A DNA stretch of 64,000 bases from Vicinamibacterales bacterium (lineage in GTDB: Bacteria; Acidobacteriota; Vicinamibacteria; Vicinamibacterales; UBA8438), in assembly GCA_965242835.1 (NCBI GenBank), contig OZ251506.1:2842130-2906129 (forward strand). Reading direction: 5' to 3'. Made by a program: the position numbers and the translations under genes. The notes below the pieces were generated by a model that did not search any database, was not told the DNA's origin, and saw only the letters and a list, made by a program, of their open reading frames with translations. This document shows, piece after piece, positions 34,508 through 42,799 of this stretch (its first letter is position 1; each line of letters begins with the position of its first letter).

Positions 34508-37500
34508 CGACCCTGCGCTTCGTGGCGGTCGAGGCCTGGCACGAGTTCCGCGCCGGCTGCCGGGGACCGCTCGTCACCCTCGTCTTCCTGGGACTGATCG
34601 CCTATCTGCTGCTGGTGCTGCTCAACGCGGACTACGTGCGCGAGATGGGCGCGACGGACGTGCCGCGCAACAGCCCGCACCTCGTCTACCTGATGACGAG
34701 CGGGCAGGCGGTCTGGCTGATCTTCGTCTGGGCCTGGCTGTTCGCGCAGCCGGTGGTCCGCGACCGGACGGCGCGCCTGCACGAGGTGGTGCTGTCGGCG
34801 CCGGTCTCGCTGCCCGCGCTCTTCGCGGGGCGCTACCTCGGGGCGCTCGTCCTCGGCTGCCTGCTCGTCACGGCGACGGGCGTCGGGTTCCTGCTGGTGC
34901 CGCCGCTCGGCGCCGCCGGCCTGTTCGCGCCCGACTCGGTGGGGCCGCGGCCGCTGTTCGCGATCGGCCACTCGCTGCTGATCTTCACGCTGCCGTCGGC
35001 AGCCGGGCTCGGCGCGCTGTTCCTCTGCGCGGCCATCCGCACCCGCGGGGTCGCCGGGCCGTTCGCCCTGGCGGCGGTCCTGATGCTCGTCTGGATGGTG
35101 TCGATGGTGGTGGTGCGGGGCGGCGACGCGAACCCGGTGCTGGCGACCGTCCTCGACCCCTCGGGGTTCGCGGAGGCGGAGGAGCAGACGAACCTGTGGA
35201 CGCCGCGCGAGAAGGCCGCCGGCGTCCTGCGGATGACGCCGCCGCTGATCGCCAACCGCCTGGTCTGGACCCTCCCGGGGCTGCTGCTGCTGGGGATCGT
35301 GCTGCGGCGGGCGGGGCGGGAAGGGCTGGTGCTGGAAAGGGCGCCCGGCGGGCGGGCGGGCCGCGAGTCCCGATCCGCCGCCGAGGCGCCGCCGGCGGAC
35401 GTCGGCGCTCCGCTCCCCGGCCCGGCTGGCCGGCCGTCGTGGGTCCGCGTGGCCGCGAGCGAAGCGGCGTGGCACTTCGCCCTCTCGTTCCGGGGCTGGG
35501 GAACCCCGCTGGCCCTGGGCATGCTGGCGGCGATGGGCGTGGGCGGCTCCTTCGTGCACGTCGTCCTGCACGCGGACGGCCCGCTCGTCCCGCGCCCCGA
35601 TCTGATCGAACCGCTGGCGGTCGAGTTCTTCTACCTGGTGGTCGTCTCCATGGTGGCGGCGTTCGTCGGCGTCATGGCGCGCCGGGACGAGAGCGCCGGC
35701 TACGCCGAGATCGTCGACGCCGCGCCCGCGCCGCTCGGCGCCCGCGTGGCGGGCCGGGCGCTGGCCGCCGCCGCCGTCACGGTCGTCTTCGCCCTGACCC
35801 CGACGCTCGCGGTGTGGATCGTGACGGCGATCGCGGCGCCCGACGCCTTCAGCCTGCTCGACCCGCTGCTCTACTTCGGTCTGCTGCTCGCGCCGGCGCT
35901 GCTCGAGCTCTGCGCCCTGGTGCTGGCCGCCCACGCGCTGATCCGGCACGCCGGCGCGGCGCACGCCGCCGGGATCATCTGCGCCTTCTTCGTGGTGGTC
36001 AACCACGAGCTGGGGGTCGTCACCTGGCCGCCGGCCGAGGTCGGCGTCCCGGCCCACGTCACCCTCTCCGAGTTCGCCGGCTGGGCGCCGTGGCTTTCGC
36101 ACGTGCTGGCGGCCGACGTCTACAAGCTGGCCCTGGCCGCCGTGATCGTCGCCTTGGCGTGGCTGGCCTGGCCGCGCGGGACCGCGCTCACCCTTTCCCT
36201 CCGCTGGCGGGCCGTGCCGGGCCGGGTGCTCGGCGGCGCCGGCGTGCTGGCGGCGGCCGGGGCCGTGCTGGCGGTGGTGACCTACGGCGTGCTCCACGAG
36301 CAGTTCGTGACGCGCGGCGGCTACCGCTCCGCGGCGGCCGAGACGGCCGACGACGCGGCGTGGGAGGCCCGCTGGTGGGACTCGGCGGCGCCCTTCACGG
36401 CGGCGGGAGGCGAGGTCGCGGTCTCGATAGACCCCTCCGCGCGGTCGGCCGCCGCCCGCTGGCGGCTCGAAGACGTCCGCTCCGCGTCGGGCGCGCTGCA
36501 CGGTTCCCTGCCGCACGGCTCGCGGCCGCCGCGGGCCACGGTCGACGGCCGGCCCGTTCCGGTGACCGTGGCGTTCGACCACTTCGAGCTGCCGCTCGGC
36601 GCGTGCGGGGCGGCGGCCCCGGCCGGAGAGGACGGGGCGCCCGCCTCCGGCGCGGAAGGCTGCTCCGTGGAGCTGGAGGTGGCGGTGCGGGGAGAGGGCT
36701 GGTCGGCCGAGGGAGAGAGCCCCTGGCTGCACCCTTCCGGCGTATGGCTCCGCGCGGCCGACCTGTTGCCGACGCTGGGCCACGACCCGGACCGGCTGCT
36801 GCGCGCGCCGCGCGAACGCGACGCGCACGGACTGGCGGCCGAACCGGCCGCCGCGGCCGCCGGGGCGCTGGCGCCGGCCCTCGGCGTGGCGCCGGCCGGC
36901 GACTGGCGCTGGACCGTGACGTTCGCCGGCGCGGAGGGGCCGGACGATGCGCCGTCCGGGGGAGCGCGGGCGTCCCGCCCGCGTGTCGCGGCGGCGTCGG
37001 GTCGCACCGGCGGCCCGCTCGACTTCGCCGCCGCGTGGTGGCCCGGCGCGCCGGCCGAAACCCGCCGCCGCGATGGCGTGACGGCGCTGCACGGGCCGCA
37101 CCGCGCGCGCGACGCGGGCGGCGTGCTCGACGACGTGGCGGCCATGCGCGCCTGCGTGGCCGCGGCCCTCGGGGGCGCGCCGGCGGTCCGCACCGTGCTG
37201 CAGGCGCCTCGCGAGCGGGGCTCGACCGCCCTGCACGGCGACCTGCTCTGGTTGCCGGAGCATGAAGGGTGGGACGTCGCCGGCGAGGGTTTCGGGCGCT
37301 GGCGTCGGCGGGCGGTGATCGCCGCCGCGCTGGCCGCGCGCCGGCTGGCCGACGGGGCCGACCTGCGCAAGGAGCCGGGCGCCGGCTGGCTGCGGACCGG
37401 CGTCCCCGGCTGGGTGGGCATGGAGTGCGTCCGGCAGGAGGACGGCGCGGACGCCTGGCTGGCGCTGCAGGAGCGCGAGAGCGACCGGGTCGTCGAGGCG

Positions 37501-37995
37501 TTCGGCGCGCTCGACGCGCCGGCGACCAACGTGGCCGCGGCCGGCGACGTCCCGTGGGTGCGGCGTTACGCCCCGCTGGCGGCCACCGGGTGGCTCGCCG
37601 CGGCCGGTCCCGCCGGGGCCGCGGAAACGGTCGGCGCGGTGGTCGCCGCGGCCCGGGCGGGCGCGCCGCTCGCCGACGCCCTCGCCCGGACGGCCGGCCC
37701 CGACACCGCCGCGGCGCTGCTCGGCCCGCCCGGGTCGTCCGACCTCGTGGTCACGCCGGCGGAGCGGGCCCTGGGCGTCGAAGGCCGGCGCTGGATCTGG
37801 CGCGGCGGCGGCTGGGAACCGGCCGCGGCGCCGGTGGACGTGGTGCAGCGCTTCGACGACGGCAGCGGCGCCCGGCGGCGGATCGGCCCGGCGCCGGCGA
37901 CGGTCTCTCCCGCCGCGCCCTTCACGCTGATCGACGCCCGGCCGTCGTTCGAGCGCACGCCCGTCGACAACGTCTGGCGGGGCGTGCGCGACTGA
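34504..37995 (+). CDS. ABC-2-type permease with very large C-terminal extracytoplasmic region
   Basis: ATGA overlap with the ATPase stop. About 12 hydrophobic spans in the first ~620 aa, then ~540 aa soluble. This architecture is usually annotated permease/M1-peptidase, but I see no HEXXH motif here. Confidence 0.75.
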   Translation: MTTLRFVAVEAWHEFRAGCRGPLVTLVFLGLIAYLLLVLLNADYVREMGATDVPRNSPHLVYLMTSGQAVWLIFVWAWLFAQPVVRDRTARLHEVVLSAPVSLPALFAGRYLGALVLGCLLVTATGVGFLLVPPLGAAGLFAPDSVGPRPLFAIGHSLLIFTLPSAAGLGALFLCAAIRTRGVAGPFALAAVLMLVWMVSMVVVRGGDANPVLATVLDPSGFAEAEEQTNLWTPREKAAGVLRMTPPLIANRLVWTLPGLLLLGIVLRRAGREGLVLERAPGGRAGRESRSAAEAPPADVGAPLPGPAGRPSWVRVAASEAAWHFALSFRGWGTPLALGMLAAMGVGGSFVHVVLHADGPLVPRPDLIEPLAVEFFYLVVVSMVAAFVGVMARRDESAGYAEIVDAAPAPLGARVAGRALAAAAVTVVFALTPTLAVWIVTAIAAPDAFSLLDPLLYFGLLLAPALLELCALVLAAHALIRHAGAAHAAGIICAFFVVVNHELGVVTWPPAEVGVPAHVTLSEFAGWAPWLSHVLAADVYKLALAAVIVALAWLAWPRGTALTLSLRWRAVPGRVLGGAGVLAAAGAVLAVVTYGVLHEQFVTRGGYRSAAAETADDAAWEARWWDSAAPFTAAGGEVAVSIDPSARSAAARWRLEDVRSASGALHGSLPHGSRPPRATVDGRPVPVTVAFDHFELPLGACGAAAPAGEDGAPASGAEGCSVELEVAVRGEGWSAEGESPWLHPSGVWLRAADLLPTLGHDPDRLLRAPRERDAHGLAAEPAAAAAGALAPALGVAPAGDWRWTVTFAGAEGPDDAPSGGARASRPRVAAASGRTGGPLDFAAAWWPGAPAETRRRDGVTALHGPHRARDAGGVLDDVAAMRACVAAALGGAPAVRTVLQAPRERGSTALHGDLLWLPEHEGWDVAGEGFGRWRRRAVIAAALAARRLADGADLRKEPGAGWLRTGVPGWVGMECVRQEDGADAWLALQERESDRVVEAFGALDAPATNVAAAGDVPWVRRYAPLAATGWLAAAGPAGAAETVGAVVAAARAGAPLADALARTAGPDTAAALLGPPGSSDLVVTPAERALGVEGRRWIWRGGGWEPAAAPVDVVQRFDDGSGARRRIGPAPATVSPAAPFTLIDARPSFERTPVDNVWRGVRD

Positions 37996-38064
37996 TCGCG
38001 GTCATCCCGCGCCCGCCCGGGCGCAGGTGACGACGGCCGGGAACGTCCGCGTCGCGGTCACGGA

Positions 38065-39636
38065 TCAGCGTTGCGCGTTCGCCCGCTCGCGCTCGACGAG
38101 CCGCCGCCGCAGGATCTTTCCGGAGGGGACCTTCGGGATGGCGTCGATGAACTCGACCCGGCGCACCTTCTTCTGCGGAGCGACCCGCGCGGCGACGTGC
38201 GCCATGATCTCCTCCGCGCCGGCCGAGGCTCCCTCGCGCAGCACGACGAAGGCCTTCGGGACCTCGCCGGCCTCCTCGTCCGGGCTCGGGACGACGGCGG
38301 CGTCGGCGACCGCGGGATGCGTCTGGACCACGGCCTCCAGCTCGGCCGGGGCCACCTGGAACGCCTTGTACTTGATCAGCTCCTTGAGCCGGTCGACGAC
38401 GTACAGGTAGCCGTCGGCGTCGGCCCGGCCGACGTCGCCGGTGCGCAGCCAGCCGTCGTCGCCGATCATCTCGCGGGTGGCCTTCGGGTTGTGGAGGTAG
38501 CCCTTCATCACCTGCGGCCCCCGTATCCGGACCTCGCCCGGCGCGCCGGGGGCGGCGTCCCGGCCGGTGGCGGCGTCGACGATGCGCCACTCGGTGTTGG
38601 GCAGCGCGGAGCCGACCGAGGCGATGCGGATCTCCTGCCGCGGCGAGTTGGTGTGGGTGACGGGGCTCGTCTCCGTCAGGCCGTAGCCCTGGCGGACGAG
38701 CATGCCCTCGTTGCGCGCGGCGGCGGCGCGGGCCACCGACTCGGGCAGCGGCGCGGCGCCCGACATCACGTTCTTCAGCGACGAGACGTCGAACCGGTCC
38801 ACCAGCGGATGTCTGGCCAGGGCGAGCACGATGGGCGGCGCCAGGTAGGCCGTCGTCACCCGGTGCTTCTGCAGCAGGCCGAGGAACTGCTCGAGGTCGA
38901 AGCGCGGCATCGTGACCACGGTCGCGCCGGCCCGCAGCGCGGCGCTCATGATCACCGTCATGCCGTAGATGTGGTAGAACGGCAGGACGCCGATGAGGGT
39001 GTCCTCCGTCGCGATGCCCTCCTGGGCGCAGATCTGCGAGACGTTGGCCACCAGGTTGTAGTGCGTCAGCATGACGCCCTTCGGCATGCCGGTGGTGCCG
39101 CTCGAGTAGGGCAGGGCGGCCAGGTCCTCGCGCGGGTCGATCTCCACCGCCGGCGGGTCTCCCCCGGCCGTCAGGGAGGCGAACGGCGTCGCGCCCTCCG
39201 CCTCGCCGAAGACGAAGATCTCTTCGACGGCGGTCCCTTCCGCCCCCTTCCGGGCCGCGTCGAGGAACGGCGGGACGGTCAGGAGGAACCGGGCCCCGGA
39301 GTCCCGGAGCTGCCGGGCGACCTCGTCGGCCGTATAGAGCGGGTTCATCGTGGTGACGACCCCGCCGGCGGCCGAGACGCCGAAGAACGCGGCGGCGTAC
39401 TCGGGCAGGTTGGGACTGTAGACGGCCAGCACGTCCCCGCGCCCGAAACCGCGCTCGGCCAGGCCGGCCGCGGCCGCGCGCGCCGCGGACCGCAGCCGCG
39501 CGTAGGTCAGGGTCCGGCCGCCGGGCCCGTCGATCAGCGCCGGCTTGTCCGGCCAGCGGCCGGCGTGCTCGAACACGTGCTCGTGCAGCGGCCGGACCGG
39601 GATTTCGACGTCGGGCAGCGGGCTCCTGTAGATCAT
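38065..39636 (-). CDS. AMP-dependent acyl-CoA synthetase/ligase (4-coumarate-CoA-ligase-like)
   Basis: YSSGTTGMPKGV AMP-binding motif, GYGLTE, TGDVGRADADGYLYVVDRLKELIKYK, C-terminal PKVPSGKILRR. Confidence 0.9.
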   Translation of the reverse strand: MIYRSPLPDVEIPVRPLHEHVFEHAGRWPDKPALIDGPGGRTLTYARLRSAARAAAAGLAERGFGRGDVLAVYSPNLPEYAAAFFGVSAAGGVVTTMNPLYTADEVARQLRDSGARFLLTVPPFLDAARKGAEGTAVEEIFVFGEAEGATPFASLTAGGDPPAVEIDPREDLAALPYSSGTTGMPKGVMLTHYNLVANVSQICAQEGIATEDTLIGVLPFYHIYGMTVIMSAALRAGATVVTMPRFDLEQFLGLLQKHRVTTAYLAPPIVLALARHPLVDRFDVSSLKNVMSGAAPLPESVARAAAARNEGMLVRQGYGLTETSPVTHTNSPRQEIRIASVGSALPNTEWRIVDAATGRDAAPGAPGEVRIRGPQVMKGYLHNPKATREMIGDDGWLRTGDVGRADADGYLYVVDRLKELIKYKAFQVAPAELEAVVQTHPAVADAAVVPSPDEEAGEVPKAFVVLREGASAGAEEIMAHVAARVAPQKKVRRVEFIDAIPKVPSGKILRRRLVERERANAQR

Positions 39637-39707
39637 CGTCCTCTCCAGCGCGGTCGGCGGCTCGGGATTCCGCCCCGGGGCGCCGCCGCGGCCGGCCCGC
39701 GGGTCAT
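39633..39707 (-). other. 24-codon upstream ORF created by a duplicated SD+ATG region; its TGA overlaps the ligase ATG (ATGA)
   Basis: 27-bp repeat catcgtcctctcc(a/g)gcgcggtcggcgg at 39634-39660 and 39705-39731 (reverse: GGAGAGGACGATGA). uORF peptide: MTRGPAAAAPRGGIPSRRPRWRGR. Confidence 0.3.
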
Positions 39708-39775
39708 CGTCCTCTCCGGCGCGGTCGGCGGGGCCGGCGCCCGCCGCGCATCGCGCGGGTCCCGGCCGCCGCGCG

Positions 39776-40567
39776 TCAGGCGAGCAGCGTGCCGCCGTCC
39801 ACCGGGATCACCGCGCCGTTGGTGTACGCCCCGGCCCGCGAGGCCAGGTAGATCGCGACGCCGGCCATCTCTTCCGGGCGCCCGATGCGTCCCAGCGGAC
39901 AGGCGGCGGCGACGTCCGCCCCGTGCCGCCGCAGCACGTCGGCCGTCATCCGGCTCTCGAAGAATCCGGGGGCCACGGCGTTCACGGTGACGTTGCGGGG
40001 GCCGAGCTCGACGGCCAGCGTGCGCGTCAGGTGGTGCACGGCCGCCTTGCTCGCCGCGTAGGCGAACGTGCCGGTCCGCACGAGGCGCTGCACGTGCAGG
40101 CCGTCCATCGAGCCGACGTTGATGACGCGGGCCGGGTCGCCGGCCGCCGCGCCGCGCTCGAGCAGCGGCGTCAGGTCGCGCGTCAGCAGGAACGGCGCCG
40201 ACACGTTGAGGCCGAGCACCTTGTCGAACGCCGCCGCGGGGTACTCGGCGTACGGCGCGCCCCAGGCCGCCCCGGCGTTGTTGATCAGCACGTGCAGGCG
40301 CTCCTCGCGCGCGCCGAGCGCCTCGACCAGCGCCGCCCGCCCCGCTTCGGCCGCCACGTCCGCCGGCAGCGAGCGGCACGGACCCGACGCCGAGAGCTCG
40401 GCCGCCGCCCGGTCGCAGGCGTCCTTCTTGCGGGACGAGACGTAGACGGTCGCGCCGGCCTGCAACAGCCCCTCCGCCATCATGCGCCCGATGCCGCGCG
40501 AACCGCCGGTGACCAGCGCCACCTTGCCGGACAGCGAGAAGAGGGACGATACGTCGATGTCCGTCAT
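39776..40567 (-). CDS. Short-chain dehydrogenase/reductase (SDR) family oxidoreductase
   Basis: TGGSRGIG cofactor motif, NNAG, catalytic YAASK. Confidence 0.9.
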   Translation of the reverse strand: MTDIDVSSLFSLSGKVALVTGGSRGIGRMMAEGLLQAGATVYVSSRKKDACDRAAAELSASGPCRSLPADVAAEAGRAALVEALGAREERLHVLINNAGAAWGAPYAEYPAAAFDKVLGLNVSAPFLLTRDLTPLLERGAAAGDPARVINVGSMDGLHVQRLVRTGTFAYAASKAAVHHLTRTLAVELGPRNVTVNAVAPGFFESRMTADVLRRHGADVAAACPLGRIGRPEEMAGVAIYLASRAGAYTNGAVIPVDGGTLLA

Positions 40568-40601
40568 CGGACCGTCGCGGGGCGTCGGCGCGCGGCCTCG
40601 G

Positions 40602-40907
40602 TCAGGCGCTCCAGTCGAGCAGGCGGAGCACGGCGACGATCAGCCCGCCCACGGCGAGCATGCGCCACGTCAGATCGGCGCGAAGCTCGGCGAGCCCGGC
40701 CCTGAACTGATCGGGGCTCACGTGCTCGCCGTGCTCGGCGGCCTGCCGGACGGCGTTGGCGATGGCTTCGGCCTGCGCGGGCGTGAGGTCGGCGTCGGTC
40801 AACGCGCGGGCGACAGCGAGGGTGTCGAACAATCGGGCGCCTCCCCCCTGCCGGCCGGAACTGCCGCGGCCGGTCGTGTCGTGTCTTGCGGCGGGCACTT
40901 CACTCAC
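40602..40907 (-). CDS. DUF1640-like small coiled-coil protein with C-terminal TM anchor
   Basis: LFDTLAVARALTDADLTPAQAEAIANAV...LRADLTWRMLAVGGLIVAVLRLL. A partial paralog lies at 50509..50682. Confidence 0.65.
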   Translation of the reverse strand: MSEVPAARHDTTGRGSSGRQGGGARLFDTLAVARALTDADLTPAQAEAIANAVRQAAEHGEHVSPDQFRAGLAELRADLTWRMLAVGGLIVAVLRLLDWSA

Positions 40908-40923
40908 TGCAAGAATACTACGT

Positions 40924-41319
40924 TCAGTCCCATTCCTTCTCGACGCCGTGGCCGCGCGCCGGGTCGCCGTGCAGCGGGGTGACGAACCCCAGCAGGCAGC
41001 CGTCCGAGCCGTCCTTCAGCCGGTGGCAGCGCACCCGGACGGGATCTCCCGGCAGCACGAAGTCGCGCTCGATGCCGTTGCGGGCGAGCCCGGCGGGGTT
41101 GGTGGCCTCCAGGGCCCAGAGGGCGGGCTCGCCGCCGTCTCCGCCGGGCGCTTCCAGGAAGATCCAGGAGTGCGGGTTGATCCAGTGGACCTCGGTGACC
41201 GTGCCCTCCACGTGGGTGAAGTCGCTCAGTTCGTAGTTGCCGTGCGAATGGTGCGCCCCGGCCGGGACGACGAGGGAAGCCGCGAGGACGGCCGCGCCGG
41301 TCGGGATTCTGAAGGTCAT
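40924..41319 (-). CDS. DUF6152-like secreted protein
   Basis: Internal start MTFRIPTGAAVLAASLVVPAGAHHSHGNYE...GTVTEVHWINPHSWIFL. The signal peptide plus AHHS...NPH pattern is what I remember for DUF6152. Confidence 0.65.
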   Translation of the reverse strand: MTFRIPTGAAVLAASLVVPAGAHHSHGNYELSDFTHVEGTVTEVHWINPHSWIFLEAPGGDGGEPALWALEATNPAGLARNGIERDFVLPGDPVRVRCHRLKDGSDGCLLGFVTPLHGDPARGHGVEKEWD

Positions 41320-41320
41320 G

Positions 41321-41977
41321 TCAGCGGACTCGGGGAGGCGGAGGAAAGCCGTTGGTGTACACCGACTCGTAGCGGATGCCGGCGCCGCCGGCGTCCAGGA
41401 AGCGCAGCGACTGCTGGAACAGTTCCGGCCCCGGCCGGCCCGCGGGCGCCGTCGCCTCGAGGACGTACAGGCGGTTCTCGTGCATGTAGACGGCCGCGAA
41501 CGTGCGGGAGCCGTCCGCGTTGGTGAGCTGCAGGTGGCGTCCCTCGACGAGATCGACGAAGTTCCAGCCGAAGAACGTCGGCCTCGCGCCCCGCCGCAGG
41601 AAGCGCCAGACCGCGTACTCCGGGGCGCCGCGCACGTCGACGATCCACGACCCGACGCCCGTGTAGGACGCGCCCGTGCAGCCGGTGTGCGCGTCGGGAG
41701 GGCAGTTCCGCGCGCGCTCCGCATGGATCCGCTCGGCGTCCGTGTAGTCGGCCACGGTCACCGAGTAGCGGATCGGGCCGTCCTCGCAGGCGTGGATCCG
41801 GGCCGGGAACTCGGCCTCGTACTCCGACGTCCAGGTGGTCTCCTCCACGGACGGTTCGCAGGGCAGGTTGACGCTGAAGAAGTCCGCCCGGCTGGCGTGC
41901 TCCGTCCAGCCCTGGGTGAAGAGCGGCCCCGGTGCTCCGAGGAGCAACAGCGCCGGAACGAGTCGCATCGGACGCAC
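41321..41977 (-). CDS. Hypothetical secreted protein (218 aa)
   Basis: Signal peptide MRLVPALLLLGAPGPLFTQG; balanced composition with four Cys. Its stop abuts the start of the next gene. Confidence 0.65.
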   Translation of the reverse strand: MRPMRLVPALLLLGAPGPLFTQGWTEHASRADFFSVNLPCEPSVEETTWTSEYEAEFPARIHACEDGPIRYSVTVADYTDAERIHAERARNCPPDAHTGCTGASYTGVGSWIVDVRGAPEYAVWRFLRRGARPTFFGWNFVDLVEGRHLQLTNADGSRTFAAVYMHENRLYVLEATAPAGRPGPELFQQSLRFLDAGGAGIRYESVYTNGFPPPPRVR

Positions 41978-42046
41978 GGCTTCACCTCCGTTCGACAGCC
42001 GCCGGCGTGTCCGCCCGCGCCGCGTTCGCCGGAAGGCGGTGAACGG

Positions 42047-42587
42047 TCACTCTCCGACGTGCGGCCGGAGGCGCGCGTGGAAGTCCCGCTCGCTGGCGCA
42101 GGCGAGCGCCGCGGCGAAGACGACGCGGCCGGGCACGCCGTCCGGGATGCCGGTGATCGAGTCCACCGAACAGGGGATGCCCCGCGCCCGCAGCACGTCG
42201 CGCACCGCCTCCGCCCGGCCTTCCGCCCGGCCCTTCGCCTCGCCCTCCGCGCGGCTCTGGTCCCGTAGCGAATACAGCAAGGGATCGTCGTCCGGCCCCC
42301 GTGCCGTCCCGTTCGCCCAGCGTCCGGCCCAGGTGCTCCAGACGCTGGGCGGGACTCTCGTGGGCCGCGGTGGTCGGCGAGCGGACCTGCCAGGCGGTCT
42401 CGGTCTCGGCGTCCCAGACCTCCAGCCGCCCCTCGTAGCGGTGGTACTCGCCGCGCGTCAGGGGAAACGCCTCGCAGCCGGCGAACTCCATCTCGGACAG
42501 CGGCGGCATCGGCACGGCGGCCGGCGCCCTGTCCGGCTTGCGCTTCGCGGGCGCGACCGATACGGGCGTCCAGGGCGTGAAGGCCAT
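42047..42587 (-). CDS. Small protein with Uma2-like N-terminal segment and DUF4351-like (EGEAKGRAEGRAEA) C-terminus; split by a C5-run frameshift at 42296-42300
   Basis: ORF 41982..42587 is sensible up to ...LGERDGTG; ORF 42047..42280 and its upstream frame continue PDDDPLLYSLRDQSRAEGEAKGRAEGRAEAVRDVLRARGIP. TATAAT (42598-42593) lies 5 nt before the ATG. Confidence 0.5.
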
Positions 42588-42799
42588 ACCGCATTATAGG
42601 CCGCGGCATCCGCGGAGCAACCGATGTCGATCGGAGCGGGCGGTGATCGTCGACGGCCCCGGCCGGGAGGTCATCGCCGCGAGCGATGCCGGCATCGCGG
42701 CGCGTTGCCGCGGGCGCAGGCCGGGGATGCGGTTCCTTCGGCATGGCGGCGTGGTCCGGGTGCGGCCCGTTCGCGTGGCGCTCACGGGTCGAGGCCGCC

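Noticed and set aside
36300-37995. M1-family aminopeptidase domain in the C-terminal half of the large ABC permease.
   Set aside because: I found no HEXXH...E zinc motif anywhere in the soluble region (only HEGWD and HEQFV). I therefore report it as an uncharacterised extracytoplasmic domain rather than a peptidase.
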